A program made the translations under genes and the position numbers. Shown here in pieces: positions 62,499-64,000 of a stretch of 64,000 nt of DNA. Numbering within the stretch: position 1 is the first letter of the stretch; the number at the start of each line of letters is the position of its first letter. Under the pieces are notes generated by a model. That model did not search any database and had not been told where the DNA came from. It saw nothing but the letters and a program-made list of their open reading frames with translations. Source of the DNA: Macrostomum lignano (Eukaryota); NCBI GenBank assembly GCA_002269645.1, contig NIVC01001999.1, positions 1 through 64,000 on the forward strand, in the 5' to 3' direction.

Positions 62499-63396
62499 AC
62501 TTTGTTATATATAAGAAGTTATCCAAAAAAGTATCTTCAAAAGTATAGCTAGAAATGGGCCTATCTAAGCTCTTTAATGCCTTGGCCCTTAGGTAGGCTT
62601 TTCTAAAGTATTAATATATTTCAATTCTCAAAAAAGATCTTATAAAATAGATTTATAATTTGTTATTGTACAGAATATATTATTATAGTTGACAAGCTAT
62701 TGAAACCCACAGATTTTGAACCCACTGAATTCTGATCCCTGGAACTGTTTTTGCATGCATTCTTAAATCTAAAGTCAAAAAGGCAATAGTCAAAAAGGGG
62801 ATAATCAAAGGGCACGGTTGGGCTGGAATAAGATTTCGGGGTAAAAAAATGCCCAATAAAACGACCACTGCAGTGTGATAGAGGAACATCTCAGCTGCTA
62901 GGGGAATATTTTCCTAAAATGAAATCGGTTTGTCCTGACCAGTTATGCCTAATTATGTTAATTAGCTAGCATAATTAATTTATGTACTCGAAATTAGCCG
63001 CTTCCTTCGTGTGAAATCGCCTAAAAACTGCTTTTATGGCCTGGTCTGCTTTTATGTTTTTATGATATAAACTGCTATTATACTGGATGAGCAGTTGCTA
63101 ATCAGAATGTATGCAGCAGCCAATGCTCTGCTCTAGCTTCAATATGAACTGTTGTGCTCTAGGTCTCACGCACTCTCTTTGCTCAATATCGAAATTAGCA
63201 CATGAACGTACGTACGTTCGTACTGTTCTATTTCATATGCGTCGGACTGTCAGATGTACATTGATTATTGCAACTTTCATAGCCAACTCATATCAGCACT
63301 CAAATAAATATCACAACCAATACTCAAGTCAAGGCCAAATTCAAAACATTTGTCTCTTGCATCAGTGGCCAGCGATCAATTTCAGAATTTCAGAAT

Positions 63397-64000
63397 ATGC
63401 CGAATGCAAAAAAATCACATGAGGAGTGCAGAGAGAGTCTGTGTTTGCTCTGTTTGCGGAAAGCCTCGCGCTCAATTTGGTCGGTAGCCAATTTTTCTGC
63501 TGAGGATTTGGTGCCGAATTTCGCCTCTGTACAGCACATTCTGCCGACCGGCTTGTGTGACGGGTGTCGACGCATCATTTCATCTCTATCTGGTCCAGCG
63601 CCTCGTGAGTTGCCACCAAGGCTAAACTATGAGCAGATGGTTGCCGACCTGCAGAGTCTGCCTCCGTCCACAAGAAATAATCCGCATTGCTCTTGCGAAC
63701 TGTGCGAGCTTGCCAGATCGAAGAACAGCAGCAAGTTGACAACTTCTGTCAGCTCTTACAGTACTGGCGCTGCTGCATCTCGTCCAGGACGACCTCGAAA
63801 ACATCCATTGTCGGCAGCTGATGCAGCACAACCACAGTTCATTTGCTCGTTTTGTCGATCAGAAATTGGCCGTGGCAAGAAACACAACTGCTCAAGAGCA
63901 ACGCGACTGACTAATCTGCAGCAGGGTGTCAGTCCTGATACGCAGGACATGCTGGCCAGCAGCTGCATATCAACAAAGGCTGCAGCAAGTGGCTCCAGCT
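63397..64000 (+). CDS. N-terminus of a Cys-rich protein, probably a Chapaev (CMC) transposase; runs off the window
   Basis: Open frame missed by the ORF track because it has no stop: MPNAKKSHEECRESLCLLC...LPTGLCDGCR...CSCELC...RPGRPRK (AT-hook)...CSFC..IGRGKKHNC. The family call is from memory of the motif pattern. Confidence 0.55.
   Translation, partial: MPNAKKSHEECRESLCLLCLRKASRSIWSVANFSAEDLVPNFASVQHILPTGLCDGCRRIISSLSGPAPRELPPRLNYEQMVADLQSLPPSTRNNPHCSCELCELARSKNSSKLTTSVSSYSTGAAASRPGRPRKHPLSAADAAQPQFICSFCRSEIGRGKKHNCSRATRLTNLQQGVSPDTQDMLASSCISTKAAASGSS

Overview
Intron-rich animal genomic DNA: GC-rich spliced exons, AT-rich spacers, and minisatellite arrays in most introns. The style suggests a Macrostomum-like flatworm; this is an inference, not shown by the sequence. 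Host genes built by hand from splice sites: DRG1 GTPase (4 exons, 367 aa), an Arrowhead/Lhx6-8 LIM-homeobox gene (one frameshift), an EF-hand-like + Death-domain gene, and two convergent tetraspanin paralogues, one with a GC-AG intron. Mobile DNA: a frameshifted Mutator-type transposase fused to a spliced Ulp1/C48 protease and PHD finger, carrying a nested Ty3/gypsy remnant and a 9-bp-TSD foldback MITE; a full-length LOA-like non-LTR retrotransposon in DRG1 intron 3 plus a 5'-truncated sister copy; a tRNA-derived SINE family; a 4-bp-TSD and an 8-bp-TSD TIR element; and the start of a Chapaev-like transposase. Top finding: the first ~250 nt of the full-length retrotransposon can be folded by hand into a complete HDV-like self-cleaving ribozyme. 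Its predicted cleavage site is the element's first base, and P1.1 carries a compensatory A-U pair. No folding software, database search or cleavage assay was run.
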